Made by a program: the position numbers and the translations under genes. This document shows, in pieces, positions 1-9,669 of a stretch of 64,000 bases of DNA. The notes below the pieces were generated by a model, which had not been told where the DNA came from, did no database searches, and saw only the letters and a list, made by a program, of their open reading frames with translations. The DNA lies in the NCBI GenBank assembly GCA_963752475.1, contig CAVVYR010000019.1, positions 141,996 through 205,995 on the forward strand, written 5' to 3'. The stretch comes from an uncultured Chloroflexia bacterium. GTDB lineage: Bacteria; Chloroflexota; Limnocylindria; Limnocylindrales; CSP1-4. Within the stretch, counting starts at the first letter, position 1; each line of letters begins with the position of its first letter.

Positions 1-2
1 AC

Positions 3-98
3 GAGAAGGCAGGGGCCATCGAGCCCCTCGAGATCAGCCTCGAGAAGAACGACATCAGCGTCGACGAAGTGGGCCTGCTGTGGCTGCCGATCGGCTGA
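3..98 (+). CDS. 3' end of a gene entering from the left (EKAGAIEPLEISLEKNDISVDEVGLLWLPIG*), product unknown
   Basis: Open frame with GC3-rich codons ending in TGA at 96-98. Confidence 0.6.
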   Translation, partial: EKAGAIEPLEISLEKNDISVDEVGLLWLPIG

Positions 99-179
99 CC
101 GACAGGTGTCTCGCGGCTGCCAGGGACGCTGTTTAGGGCCACTGGTCCCGCCCTCGCAGGTATAACGGGAGGCACGATT

Positions 180-199
180 GGTAGCGTTACCTGTATAGT
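180..199 (+). promoter_or_regulatory. Candidate LacI-type operator (GGTAGCGTTACC) next to a -10 box (TATAGT)
   Basis: Near-perfect palindrome with central CG at 180-191 and TATAGT at 194-199, upstream of a sugar ABC operon. Confidence 0.45.
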
Positions 200-276
200 G
201 CCGCTACAGCCTGCACACGATTGTTCCGGCGGAATGGAAGCCGGACAGCAGAGCTGGGAGGAATCGAAGGAGGACC

Positions 277-1260
277 ATGAAGACACGTGCAATCGCACTG
301 ACCGGAGCGATCGCTCTGACCGCGGCCATGGCGGCCCCGGCTGTTGCCCAGGACGAGATGGCCGGCCCCGAGGCGTTCACGCCCGAGGATGAGATCTACG
401 TCCCTATCGTCTCGAAGGGGTTCCAGCACCAGTTCTGGCAGGCCGTGAGCCTCGGCGCCGAGGAGAAGGCTGCTGAACTCAACATGGAGGTCAACTTCGA
501 CGGCCCCCCCACCGAGTCTGACGTCACAGATCCAGGTGGACATGCTCGAGGCCGAGTACCAGAAGAACCCGGACGCGGTCTGCTTCGCCGCGCTCGACAG
601 CCAGGCTGCGCTGCCGACGCTCGAGAAGCTCCAGGCTGACGACATCCCCGTCATCGCGTTCGACTCCGGCGTCGAGGGTGACATTCCGATCACCACCGCC
701 GCGACCGACAACGTCGCTGCTGCCGCGCTCGCGGCCGACAAGATGGCCGAGGCCATCGGTGGGGCCGGCAAGGTCGGCGTCATCGTGCACGACTCGACCA
801 GCCGTACCGGCATCGACCGCCGCGATGGCTTCCTGAACCGCGTGGCTGAGGCCTACCCGGACATCGAGATCATCGGTCCCGACTTCGGCGCCGGCGAGCA
901 CCAGAAGTCGACCGACATCGCACTGGGCATGCTCGACGGCCAACCCGGACATGGCGGGCTTCTTCGGCGCCAACGAGGGCTCCGCGATCGGCGTCATCAA
1001 CGCCGTCGAGCAGCTTGGCCTCGAGGACCTCGTCGTCATCGGCTATGACTCGGGCCAGTTCCAGATCGATGCCATCAACAGACGGCCTCATGTACGGCGC
1101 GGTCCAGCAGAACCCGGTCGGCATCGGCGCCAAGTGCGTCGAGGCGGCCGCGATGGCGCTCCAGGGCATGGAAGTGCCCGAGATGCTCGACACCGGCTTC
1201 CTGTGGGCCGATGCCGAGACCATCGACGACCCCGAGGTCGTGGCGGTCCTCTACAACTAG
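277..1260 (+). CDS. Sugar ABC transporter substrate-binding protein (RbsB-like), split by several frameshifts
   Basis: SD AGGAGG, signal peptide, [25 protein letters not shown] and QNPVGIG motifs spread over ORFs 277, 536, 951 and 1015. Confidence 0.85.
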
Positions 1261-1283
1261 ACCCCACCCGAACCAGGAGACCG

Positions 1284-1317
1284 ACGGGGCTGCCGCGGTT
1301 CCAAGCGGCGGCCCCGT
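1284..1317 (+). terminator. GC-rich hairpin after the SBP gene (mRNA stabiliser or partial terminator)
   Basis: ACGGGGCTGCCGC-N8-GCGGCGGCCCCGT inverted repeat. Confidence 0.5.
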
Positions 1318-1342
1318 TCGTCCATCCCGAGCGAGGACAAGG

Positions 1343-2882
1343 ATGTCAGCTGACCTGCTCATCCGGATGCAGGGCATCGACAAGGCGTTCCCCGGCGTGC
1401 AAGCGCTGAAGGACGCCCGCTTCGAGCTCCGTCCCGGTGAGGTGCACGCGCTCGTCGGTGAGAACGGCGCCGGCAAGTCGACGCTGATGAAGGTCCTCAC
1501 CGGCGTCTACCAAAGAGACGCAGGCACCATCGAGGTCGGGGGCCAGCAGGTAGAGGTTCCCAACCCACGCGCCGGCCGGGACCTCGGCATCGGCATGATC
1601 CATCAGGAGCTGGTGCTGGCCAACCACCTCACGGTGGCGCAGAACATCTACCTGGGCCGCGAGCCCCGCGGACGCCTCGGGCTTCACGCTCGACGACAAG
1701 GCGCAGGTCCGCCAGACCGAGGAGCTCATCAAGACGGCTCGGCCTGAAGCTCGACCCCACCGTCAAGTGTGGCGAGCTCAAGGTCGCACAGCAGCAGATG
1801 GTGGAGATCGCGAAGGCCCTTTCGCTCGATGCCTCCGTGCTCATCATGGACGAGCCCACCGCGGCCCTGACAGATACCGAGATCGAGGAGCTCTTTGGCA
1901 TCATCCGCTCGCTGCGCGAGCAAGGGAAGGGCATCGTCCACATCAGCCACCGGCTCGAGGAGCTGCGCGCAGATCTCCGACCGCGTCACGGTCATGCGCG
2001 ACGGCCAGCACGTCAACACCGTCATCACCGCGGACACCTCGGTCGACGACATCATCTCCATGATGGTGGGGCGCACGATCTACGAAGAGGCACCCATCGT
2101 GCCCGAAGACGCGGATCAGCAGCCGTACGTGTTGGAGGTCAAGGGCCTCTCGCGCGGACGCGCAGTGCGGGACGTCTCCTTCGGCTTGCGCAGGGGCGAG
2201 ATCCTCGGCGTGGCTGGCCTCGTCGGCGCCGGTCGCACCGAGCTGGCCATGCTCATCTTCGGGGCTGACGCGCGGAGTCCGGCGAGATCATCGTGAAGGG
2301 CGAACCGGTCGATCACCAGTCCGGCCCAGGCCGTGCAACTGGGCATCGCCTATCTCTCGGAGGACCGCAAACGCTACGGCTTGACCCTGGGGCTGGACTT
2401 GGAGACCAACATCTCCCTGGCCTCGTTCAACAAGTTCCTCAAGTCACTCGGCCGCGTCGATACGTCACAAGACAAAGGCCGCCGCTGAGCAGCGCGTCGA
2501 GGAACTCGACATCAAGACGCCGGGCATCAGCCAGAAGGCCCGCAACCTCTCCGGCGGCAACCAGCAGAAGGTCGTCATCGCCAAGTGGCTGACCGCGGAG
2601 ATGGACGTCCTCATCTTCGATGAGCCTACGCGGGGCATCGACGTGGGTGCCAAGCAGGAGATCTACCACCTGCTCAACGAGCTGGCCGCCGAAGGCAAGT
2701 CGATCATCATGATCAGCTCGGAGCTGCCGGAGATCCTGCGCATGAGTCACCGCATCATCGTCATGTGCGAGGGCCGACTGACCGGGGAGCTGACCGCCGA
2801 CGAGGCGGACCAGGAGAGGATCATGACACTCGCCACGCAGCGCGAATCGATCGCCGAACTCAAGGACTTGTCGAGGGTATAG
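1343..2882 (+). CDS. Sugar ABC transporter ATP-binding protein (RbsA-like, two NBDs), frameshifted
   Basis: GENGAGKST Walker [16 protein letters not shown] and [14 protein letters not shown] in successive frames. Confidence 0.85.
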
Positions 2883-3888
2883 ATGCAGCGCTCAGTGAAA
2901 TCAGCCGGCAATCCATCCTCAGGTCGGATGCCGTCCAGCGCGTCCTCGCGCTCGGTGCGCTCGTCATCATCGCCGTCTTCTTCACGCTCGCGTCGCCGTT
3001 CTTCCTGACCACCAACAACGTCATCAACATCGTGCTGGCGACGTCGGTCGTGGGCATCCTCGCCATCGGCGTGACGTTCTCGATCATCACCGCGGGCATC
3101 GACCTCTCGGTCGGCACCAACCTGACGTTCTCGGCGGTGATCACCGGCATCGTCATCACCAACGCCGGCCTGCCGGTGCCCGTGGGCATCGTCTTCGGCG
3201 TCCTTGCCGGCGGTACGGTCTGGCCTCATCAACGGCACGCTCATCGCTCGCTTGGGACTGCCGCCGTTCATCGCCACCCTGGGCATGCTCAACATCGCGC
3301 GAGGCCTGGCGCTGGTCCTCTCCGACGTTCGCCCGGTCTACTTCCCGAACAATCCCGAGTTTGCCGAGTTCTTCGTGGCTCCATCATGGACTCGGTGACG
3401 CCCGGTTTCGACCTCCCGTTGCCCAACATCGCACTCGTCTTCTTCGGCTCTGCCATCCTGGCCTGGCTTCATCCTCTCCAAGACTATGCTCGGTCGCTAC
3501 ATCTTCGCCATCGGCAGCAACGAGGAAGCCACCCGCCTGTCCGGTGTGCGGGCGATGCGCTACAAGGCCTCGGCCTATATGCATCAGCGGACTCTTCGCC
3601 GGTCTGGCCGGCGTGATGCTCGCCGCGCGACTCAACTCGGGCCAGCCTGCCGACGGGCTTCGGCATAGAGCTCGAAGCCATCGCCGCAGCAGTCATCGGC
3701 GGCACCTCTCTGAGCCGGCGGTGAGGGCACCATCTCGGCACCATCATCGGCGCCTTCATCATCAGCGTGCTGACCAACGGTTTGCGCCTGATGTCGGTAT
3801 CCCTCAGGAGTGGCAGATCACCATCACCGGCGTCATCGTCATCGTCGCGGTCTACCTCGACATCCTGAGACGGCGCCAGAACGCGTGA
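2883..3888 (+). CDS. Sugar ABC transporter permease (RbsC-like), frameshifted
   Basis: [34 protein letters not shown] and AVYLD motifs over several frames. Start is approximate. Confidence 0.8.
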
Positions 3889-3930
3889 CCGCGGCGCGGC
3901 AGGACCGCGCATGGCACTCGACCCACGACC

Positions 3931-3963
3931 GAACCGCCCTCTGTCTGCCACAGGGGGCGGTTC
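3931..3963. terminator. Hairpin between convergent genes
   Basis: GAACCGCCCTCTGT-N5-ACAGGGGGCGGTTC. Confidence 0.6.
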
Positions 3964-4034
3964 CCGTTCTGCTTCGCGCGACGCCTGCGGTTGGCGGAAC
4001 GCCTTCAGGTCAGACGGCGCTGGCGCCGTGCGGG

Positions 4035-4349
4035 TCAGCGCAGCTTGACGGCCGTCCCGAAGGCGAGGATCTCGCTGACGCCGCTGGCGATCATCGACGT
4101 CGTGTAGCGGACGGCCACGATAGCGTCCGCACCCGCCGCTTCCGCGTTCTCGATCATCCGCTCGGTGGCCTCGTCACGCGTCTCGGTCATGAGGTTCGAG
4201 TACTCCGGCACCGCGCCGCCGAAGAGGTTGCGGAAGCCAGCCGTGATGTCGTAGCCCAGCCCACGAGCGCGGGCGGCGTTGCCGCGCACGATGCCGATGG
4301 TCTCGACGATCTCACGGCCCTCGATGCGATCGGAGGTGGACAGGATCAT
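4035..4349 (-). CDS. ybjQ: YbjQ/UPF0145 family protein
   Basis: 104 aa, with GGxVPEYxxLMxETRDEAxERM and EILAFGTAVK motifs. Confidence 0.9.
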   Translation of the reverse strand: MILSTSDRIEGREIVETIGIVRGNAARARGLGYDITAGFRNLFGGAVPEYSNLMTETRDEATERMIENAEAAGADAIVAVRYTTSMIASGVSEILAFGTAVKLR

Positions 4350-4411
4350 CGGCTTTCCTCTCTGTGTCGTTCCAGCACCCGGCGTCCCTGCCGCTCGGCT
4401 AGGGTCGGGCG

Positions 4412-5677
4412 GTGACCACAGCCTACGACGAGCCGGGCTCCCTGTCGCTCGGCCCCAACTACCGCAAGGTCTGGGCCTCGGCTGCCGCCTCCAACCTGGC
4501 CGATGGCGTGCTCTGGGTGGCGCTGCCGCTCATCGCGGTGACGCTGACGAGCTCGCCCGCGCTGGTCGCCGGCGTGGCCATCGCGGCCGACCTGCCGTGG
4601 CTCGTCTTCGTCCTTTTCGCCGGGGCCATCGCCGACCGCGTCGACCGCCGGCTGACGATGCGCAACGTCCAGCTGCTGCGCTTGGGCGTGGTGGCGCTGA
4701 TGGCGCTGATGGCCCTCACCGGCACGCTCTCCCTCCCAGCCCTCTTCGTCGCGGCCTTCGTGCTGGGTATCGGGGAGACGTTCTACGACACCGCCGGCAT
4801 GTCCATCATGCCCAGCCTGGTGCCCAGGTCCCTGCTGGGCCGGGCGAACAGCCGCCTCTACGCGGTCGAGCTGGCCATGAACGAGCTGCTGGGACCGCCA
4901 CTCGGTGGTTTGCTCGTAGCGCTCTCGATCCCGCTCGCGCTCGCCGGCTCGGCGCTGGGCTACCTGGTCGCGGCTATCGGGTTGATGCTGGTGGTGGGGC
5001 GGTTCAAGCCGCAGGTGGCTGGTCCCCGGGGATCGATGGTGGCGGACATCCGCGAGGGCGTGGCCTTCCTCTGGCACAACCGTGTGCTGCGTACCATGGC
5101 CATCATGGTGGCCGGCTTCAGCTTCGCCGACTCGGCCATCTTCGCGGTCCTCGTGCTCTTCGTCGTGGCGCCGGGCCCGATGGGCCTCGATGAACTCGGC
5201 TTCGGCCTGCTCATGGCCACGTTCGCCGTGGGCGGGCTGCTGGGATCGCTGGTGGTGGAGCGGGTGGAGTCCCGCCTGGGCCGCTCCAACATCCTCTTCC
5301 TGTCGGTCCTCGCGAGCGCGCTGGCGATGGCTGTCCCGCTGGTCACCACCGAGCCGCTGCCGATCGCCCTGGGCCTGACCACTCTCGGCTTGCTGGTGAT
5401 GATGTGGAACGTCATCACGGTCTCGCTTCGCCAGCGCATCACGCCCGATCCGCTGCTGGGCCGGGTCAACGCCGCCTACCGCTTCTTCGGCTTCGGTGCC
5501 GCACCGCTGGGCGCGCTGGCCGGAGGCCTTGTGGCGCAGTTGTTCGGGCTCCCGGCGGTGTTCGCCATGGCCGCGGCCGTGTGCCTGGCGCTGCTCGGGT
5601 TCCGGCGCAGCCTGACGGATGCGGCCCTGGACGCCGCCGAAGCGGCAGTCCCGACGGCACCGGAGGCGACGGCATGA
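4412..5677 (+). CDS. MFS transporter
   Basis: 421 aa, ~12 TM segments, GAIADRVDRR motif A, PDPLLGRVNA. Confidence 0.9.
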   Translation: MTTAYDEPGSLSLGPNYRKVWASAAASNLADGVLWVALPLIAVTLTSSPALVAGVAIAADLPWLVFVLFAGAIADRVDRRLTMRNVQLLRLGVVALMALMALTGTLSLPALFVAAFVLGIGETFYDTAGMSIMPSLVPRSLLGRANSRLYAVELAMNELLGPPLGGLLVALSIPLALAGSALGYLVAAIGLMLVVGRFKPQVAGPRGSMVADIREGVAFLWHNRVLRTMAIMVAGFSFADSAIFAVLVLFVVAPGPMGLDELGFGLLMATFAVGGLLGSLVVERVESRLGRSNILFLSVLASALAMAVPLVTTEPLPIALGLTTLGLLVMMWNVITVSLRQRITPDPLLGRVNAAYRFFGFGAAPLGALAGGLVAQLFGLPAVFAMAAAVCLALLGFRRSLTDAALDAAEAAVPTAPEATA

Positions 5678-6947
5678 CCGAGACCGGCGGGCCCCACGCT
5701 TCGCTGGGCCCCAACTACCGCAGACTCTGGTCCTCGTCCGCGGTCTCCAACCTGGCCGACGGCATCTTCCTGGTCGCGTTGCCGCTCATCGCGGTGCGCC
5801 TGACCGACTCGCCCATGCTGGTCGCGGGCGTCTCGCTCGCCGGCCGCCTGCCGTGGCTCGTGTTCGTGCTCTTCGCGGGCGCCCTGGCGGACCGCCTCGA
5901 TCGCCGCATCACCATGCGCAACGTCCAGCTCATGCGTGTGGCCGTGGTCGGTCTGATGGCGGTGATGGCGTTCACGGACACGCTCTCGCTGCCGGTGCTC
6001 TACGTGACCGCCTTCGTGCTGGGGATGGGGGAGACGCTCTTCGACACTGCCGCCCAGTCGATCATGCCCAGCATCGTCAGCAAGGACCTGCTGAGCCGCG
6101 CGAACAGTCGCCTCTACGCGGTGGAGCTGACGATGAATGCGTTCATCGGTCCGCCACTCGGTGGGTTCCTGGTGGCGGTGTCGGTGCCGTTCGCGTTGGC
6201 TGGCAGCGTCCTCGGCTACGGCCTCGCGGCAGTGGGTCTGGTGCTCATCGTGGGGACTCGTTCAAGCCCGTCGGGAGGGCCCGCGCAAATCGATGCTGCG
6301 CGACATCCGCGAGGGCTTCGAGTTCCTCTGGGGCGTCCGCGTGCTGCGCTCGATGGCCGTCATGGTCGCCATCTCCAACCTCACCAACACCGCGTACGTC
6401 TCGGTGTTCGTGCTCTTCGCGGTGACGCCGGGACCCATGGGTCTCGACGAGGTCGGCTATGGCCTGCTCATCACGGCCATGGCCGTGGGCGGCCTCATGG
6501 GCTCGGTCATCGAGGAGCGTGTGGAGGCGCTGGTTCGGGCGCTGGAATGTGTTCGTGGTCACGGTCGTGATCGCGGCCGGTGACGTACTCATCCCGGTCG
6601 TCACCGCCCAGCCCCGGTCATCGTGGCCGGCATGATCGCGAGGGCGTCGGCTTCATGATGTGGAACATCGTCACGTGTCTCACTGCGCCAGCGCATGACG
6701 CCGGACCACCTGCTGGGTCGCATCAACGCCACCTATCGGCTGTTCGCCTGGGGCTCGATGCCGATCGGTGCCCTGCTCGGTGGGCTCATGGCCGAGCTGT
6801 TGGGACTCCGCTCGCTCTTCCTCCTGCCGTCGGTGGTGAAGCTTGGCCATCGCTCTGGTTCCTCGCTACCTGCGCGATGCCGACCTCGATGCCGCCGAAG
6901 CAGCCGGGGCGGCGGTCGAGCAACCCGCCGAGGCTGCGGCTCCCTAG
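5674..6947 (+). CDS. MFS transporter, paralog of the upstream gene, frameshifted in its 3' half
   Basis: ATGA overlap, GALADRLDRR, PDHLLGRINA in another frame, final frame ends ...EAAAP* at 6947. Confidence 0.8.
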
Positions 6948-7525
6948 TCGAGCTCCCAGGTCCGCGGCCGCTCCTGCGCCGCCCATTCGTCGGCAAGGAT
7001 GCCCATCACGTGCATGTCGTGGTAGCGGCCATGCCGGAAGTAGGCCTCGCGCTTGGTGCCCTCGTGCGTGAAGCCGACTCGCTCATAGACGTGGATGGCG
7101 CGCGCGTTGAAGTCGAAGACGTGCAGGAAGACGCGGTGCAGGCGCAGCTCACCGAAGGCGAAGTCCAGCAGGACTCGCATGGCCTCGGTGCCATAGCCCT
7201 TGTCCCACTCGGCTGGTTCACCGATGCCGATACCGAGCTCGCTGCCACCATTGACGTGGTCGATGTCGTGGAGCGCGCAGAAGCCGATCGGCCGGCCACC
7301 GTCACGGAGACAGATGACGAAGTGCCAGATCGTCTTGTTCTGAGCTTTCTGTAGCTCGTCGAACCAGGTCTCTTCGGCCACGTGACTCCATGGCGCGCGG
7401 GTAGCCAGGCCCTCGCTCACGACCGCGTCCCCGAGCCACTCGATGAAGGTCGGGATGTCCTCGCGCTCGGCAGGGCGCAGGTAGACCCGCTCGCCTCGCA
7501 GGATCGGTCGTCGTTTGTCCCCCAT
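6944..7525 (-). CDS. GNAT acetyltransferase (RimJ/RimL/SpeG-like)
   Basis: VYLRP, WDKGYGTEAM, NARAIHVYERVGF and EGTKRE motifs. Confidence 0.9.
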   Translation of the reverse strand: MGDKRRPILRGERVYLRPAEREDIPTFIEWLGDAVVSEGLATRAPWSHVAEETWFDELQKAQNKTIWHFVICLRDGGRPIGFCALHDIDHVNGGSELGIGIGEPAEWDKGYGTEAMRVLLDFAFGELRLHRVFLHVFDFNARAIHVYERVGFTHEGTKREAYFRHGRYHDMHVMGILADEWAAQERPRTWELD

Positions 7526-7826
7526 GCGGCCAGTCTAGGTACCGCGCCAGTGCTACCGCTCCGCGCCCTCATCGGGGTCGCACTCGCCGAACGCCGCGGC
7601 TCCCGCGCTGGCGAGCCTGGTGGGTACCGTGCCGCGCGGTGACCCGGAGTCCACTCGATGGAGGTCTGGTGCAGTCGGGCAACGGGGTCCCCGTACCAGT
7701 AGGCGTGACCCAAGTACGGGTTGTTGCAGAGCGGTGCGGACGCCACTATCCCCATCAACACCTCGATGGACCACACCAAACGGTCCGAGACCATCGGGGT
7801 GGCCCGGCCTCCAGTGGCGCCGGGCA

Positions 7827-7850
7827 CACCGAGCACCGAGCACCGAGCAC
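7827..7850 (+). repeat. Tandem 7-bp repeat (CACCGAG)x3 + CAC upstream of the HTH gene
   Basis: Read directly from the sequence. Confidence 0.85.
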
Positions 7851-7888
7851 GTCCAGCAGCCCACTGAACGCTAGATAAGGAACGATAG

Positions 7889-8083
7889 ATGGCGTCCATG
7901 GCAGCGAACGATCTTGGCCCCATGCTCACCGCGAGTGAGGTCGCCGAGCTTCTTCATCTGCATGTCAACACGGTCAAGCGACTCGGCGACCGTGGTGAGT
8001 TGCCGTTCTACCGTGTCTGCAAGCGGGGGGACCGCCGCTTCCGTTTGGAAGACGTGATGGCTTTCCTGGCACGCAACCGCTAG
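7889..8083 (+). CDS. Small excisionase/BldC-like (MerR-fold) HTH DNA-binding protein
   Basis: MLTASEVAELLHLHVNTVKRL...RGDRRFRLEDV pattern, SD AAGGA. Confidence 0.85.
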   Translation: MASMAANDLGPMLTASEVAELLHLHVNTVKRLGDRGELPFYRVCKRGDRRFRLEDVMAFLARNR

Positions 8084-8190
8084 GACCGACACCACCCGGG
8101 TCCGCACCTCGCGGACCCATCGCCTGCCCCAACGCCGCCGGAGCACGACTCCCGGCGGCGTCGGTCTGCCCGGGGCTAGCATGGGAGTCG

Positions 8191-8670
8191 ATGCCTGGAC
8201 CCTCCCGCCTCGACGTCCTGACCGAGCGCCTGCGTGCGCCGGACCCCACACTCGCGCTGGCCGCACTAGCCCATGAGGTGGTGCCGGGACAGACGGGCCC
8301 GGCTGACCGGATCGTGGCTCTCACCTTCGCCACGCGCGATCTGAAGGGCATGATGTCGGCGGCGCCGCTCCCGTTCAAGCGCGTGGCCCGCGACCGGCTC
8401 CTGGACGCGGACGTGGCCGCCGTGCGCTACGGACCGGTGCAGCTGCTGCTCGAGCAGGCTCAAGGGGAGGGACGGCTGGCGGCGTATCTCTCGCGCTATG
8501 GCGAAGGCGTCGCGGCGCTGTACCTGGAGCGGCCGCGGTTCCTGCCGTCATCGCGGGCCTCGGGGCGCCCGCCTCGACCGGTGCGCACGCCCTTCGGTCG
8601 GCGAGGCTGGCTCCTGCCCCACGAATGGCCGTGGGGCCCGTTCGTCATCGCGCTCGAGGAAGAGCGCTAG
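8191..8670 (+). CDS. Hypothetical protein (weak VOC/glyoxalase-like resemblance)
   Basis: 159-aa ORF with coding-like codon usage, TAGCAT box 8 nt before ATG. Confidence 0.6.
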   Translation: MPGPSRLDVLTERLRAPDPTLALAALAHEVVPGQTGPADRIVALTFATRDLKGMMSAAPLPFKRVARDRLLDADVAAVRYGPVQLLLEQAQGEGRLAAYLSRYGEGVAALYLERPRFLPSSRASGRPPRPVRTPFGRRGWLLPHEWPWGPFVIALEEER

Positions 8671-8674
8671 GGGC

Positions 8675-9082
8675 TCAGCCCTCGGCGAGTGCCTTGGCCT
8701 GACCGACCCAGTCCTCGCGCTTGATCTGCCCGGGGCTGGTGTTGCACTCGAGACCCATCCTGGCGACGTCATCCTCGGTCCAGGCAGCCACCTGCGCGTA
8801 GCTGGTGACGCCGGCTGCGACGAGCTTGGCCGCCTTGACCTTGCCCAGGCCCTTGATGGCGGTGAGGTCGTCGGGCCCATCGGAGGTTGCGGGTGCCGCC
8901 GTTGGTTCGGGTGGCGGAGCCGACGGCGCCGCGGAGTCCGGATCTGGCGCGCCCGAGGTTGCCGGTCGGCTGACCTCCAGCTCGAGCTCGTCATCCTTGC
9001 GTCCCCGCGCCCACCTTGCCGCGCTCGCTGCTCCTGCAGCCGCGGCGACGGCCGCGACCAACGCCGTGATCTTGCCCCTCAT
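8675..9082 (-). CDS. Membrane-anchored protein with a C-terminal helix-hairpin-helix (DDLxxIKGxG) domain
   Basis: SD GAGGAGG, hydrophobic N-terminus, DDLTAIKGLGKVKAAKL...YAQVAAWT. Confidence 0.8.
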   Translation of the reverse strand: MRGKITALVAAVAAAAGAASAARWARGRKDDELELEVSRPATSGAPDPDSAAPSAPPPEPTAAPATSDGPDDLTAIKGLGKVKAAKLVAAGVTSYAQVAAWTEDDVARMGLECNTSPGQIKREDWVGQAKALAEG

Positions 9083-9106
9083 CGTTCCTCCTCGTGTCCC
9101 GTCAGC

Positions 9107-9634
9107 CTAGTGTTCGCCCCAACGCTCGGTGTGGACGACCTCGTCATAGCCCCTGCGACCGCCGGCCTGCGGGGGTCGCGTCAGGTCCTCGGGGTCGGCC
9201 GGCCAGCCGAGCGCGATGATGTACTGGCATTCCTTGCCATCGGGCAGGCCCAGCACGTCCGCGGCCAGACCGAAGTCCTGCACCGTGATGGGGCAGGAAC
9301 CGATGCCCATCTCCCAGGCGGTGAGCGTGATGTTCTGCGCCGCTCGCCCCAGGTCCCAGAGCACCGAGCGCGGGTAGTCCGGATCGGGCTGGTCCACGAT
9401 GAGCGCGATGGCGGCACCCGCTGAGGGCAGGTGCTTGGCGTAGATGGTCACGCCGCTCAAGCGCGCGAGGGCGACCTTGTCCCGCACCGTCACGAAGTCC
9501 CAGCGCTGGGTGTTCTTGGACGACCCGGTCTTGCGCGCGCTGTCGGCGATGACGCGGACCTCGTCCTCGGTCAGCGGCACCTCGGCGTACTTGCGCACGA
9601 CGCGCAGTGAGCGGATGGCGGTGATCGTGTCCAT
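9107..9634 (-). CDS. Nitroreductase family protein
   Basis: IRSLRVVRKY, GSSKNTQRWDF and DLGRAAQNI motifs. TAGACT box 7 nt upstream of ATG 9634. Confidence 0.9.
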   Translation of the reverse strand: MDTITAIRSLRVVRKYAEVPLTEDEVRVIADSARKTGSSKNTQRWDFVTVRDKVALARLSGVTIYAKHLPSAGAAIALIVDQPDPDYPRSVLWDLGRAAQNITLTAWEMGIGSCPITVQDFGLAADVLGLPDGKECQYIIALGWPADPEDLTRPPQAGGRRGYDEVVHTERWGEH

Positions 9635-9669
9635 GGCCATGAGTCTAGGCGCCCGATAGACTGCGCGCG

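Noticed and set aside
535-3800. Programmed ribosomal frameshifting in the ABC operon
   Set aside because: There are too many shifts, no consistent slippery sites, and no precedent for these families. Sequencing indels are far more likely.
7757-7825. c-di-GMP-I riboswitch resemblance in the HTH leader
   Set aside because: It lacks the GGCAAA...GNRA...GCAAAGC consensus. Only generic hairpins are supportable.
7889-8083. Excisionase-like gene as a sign of a prophage or ICE
   Set aside because: No integrase, att-like repeats, tRNA or phage genes nearby.
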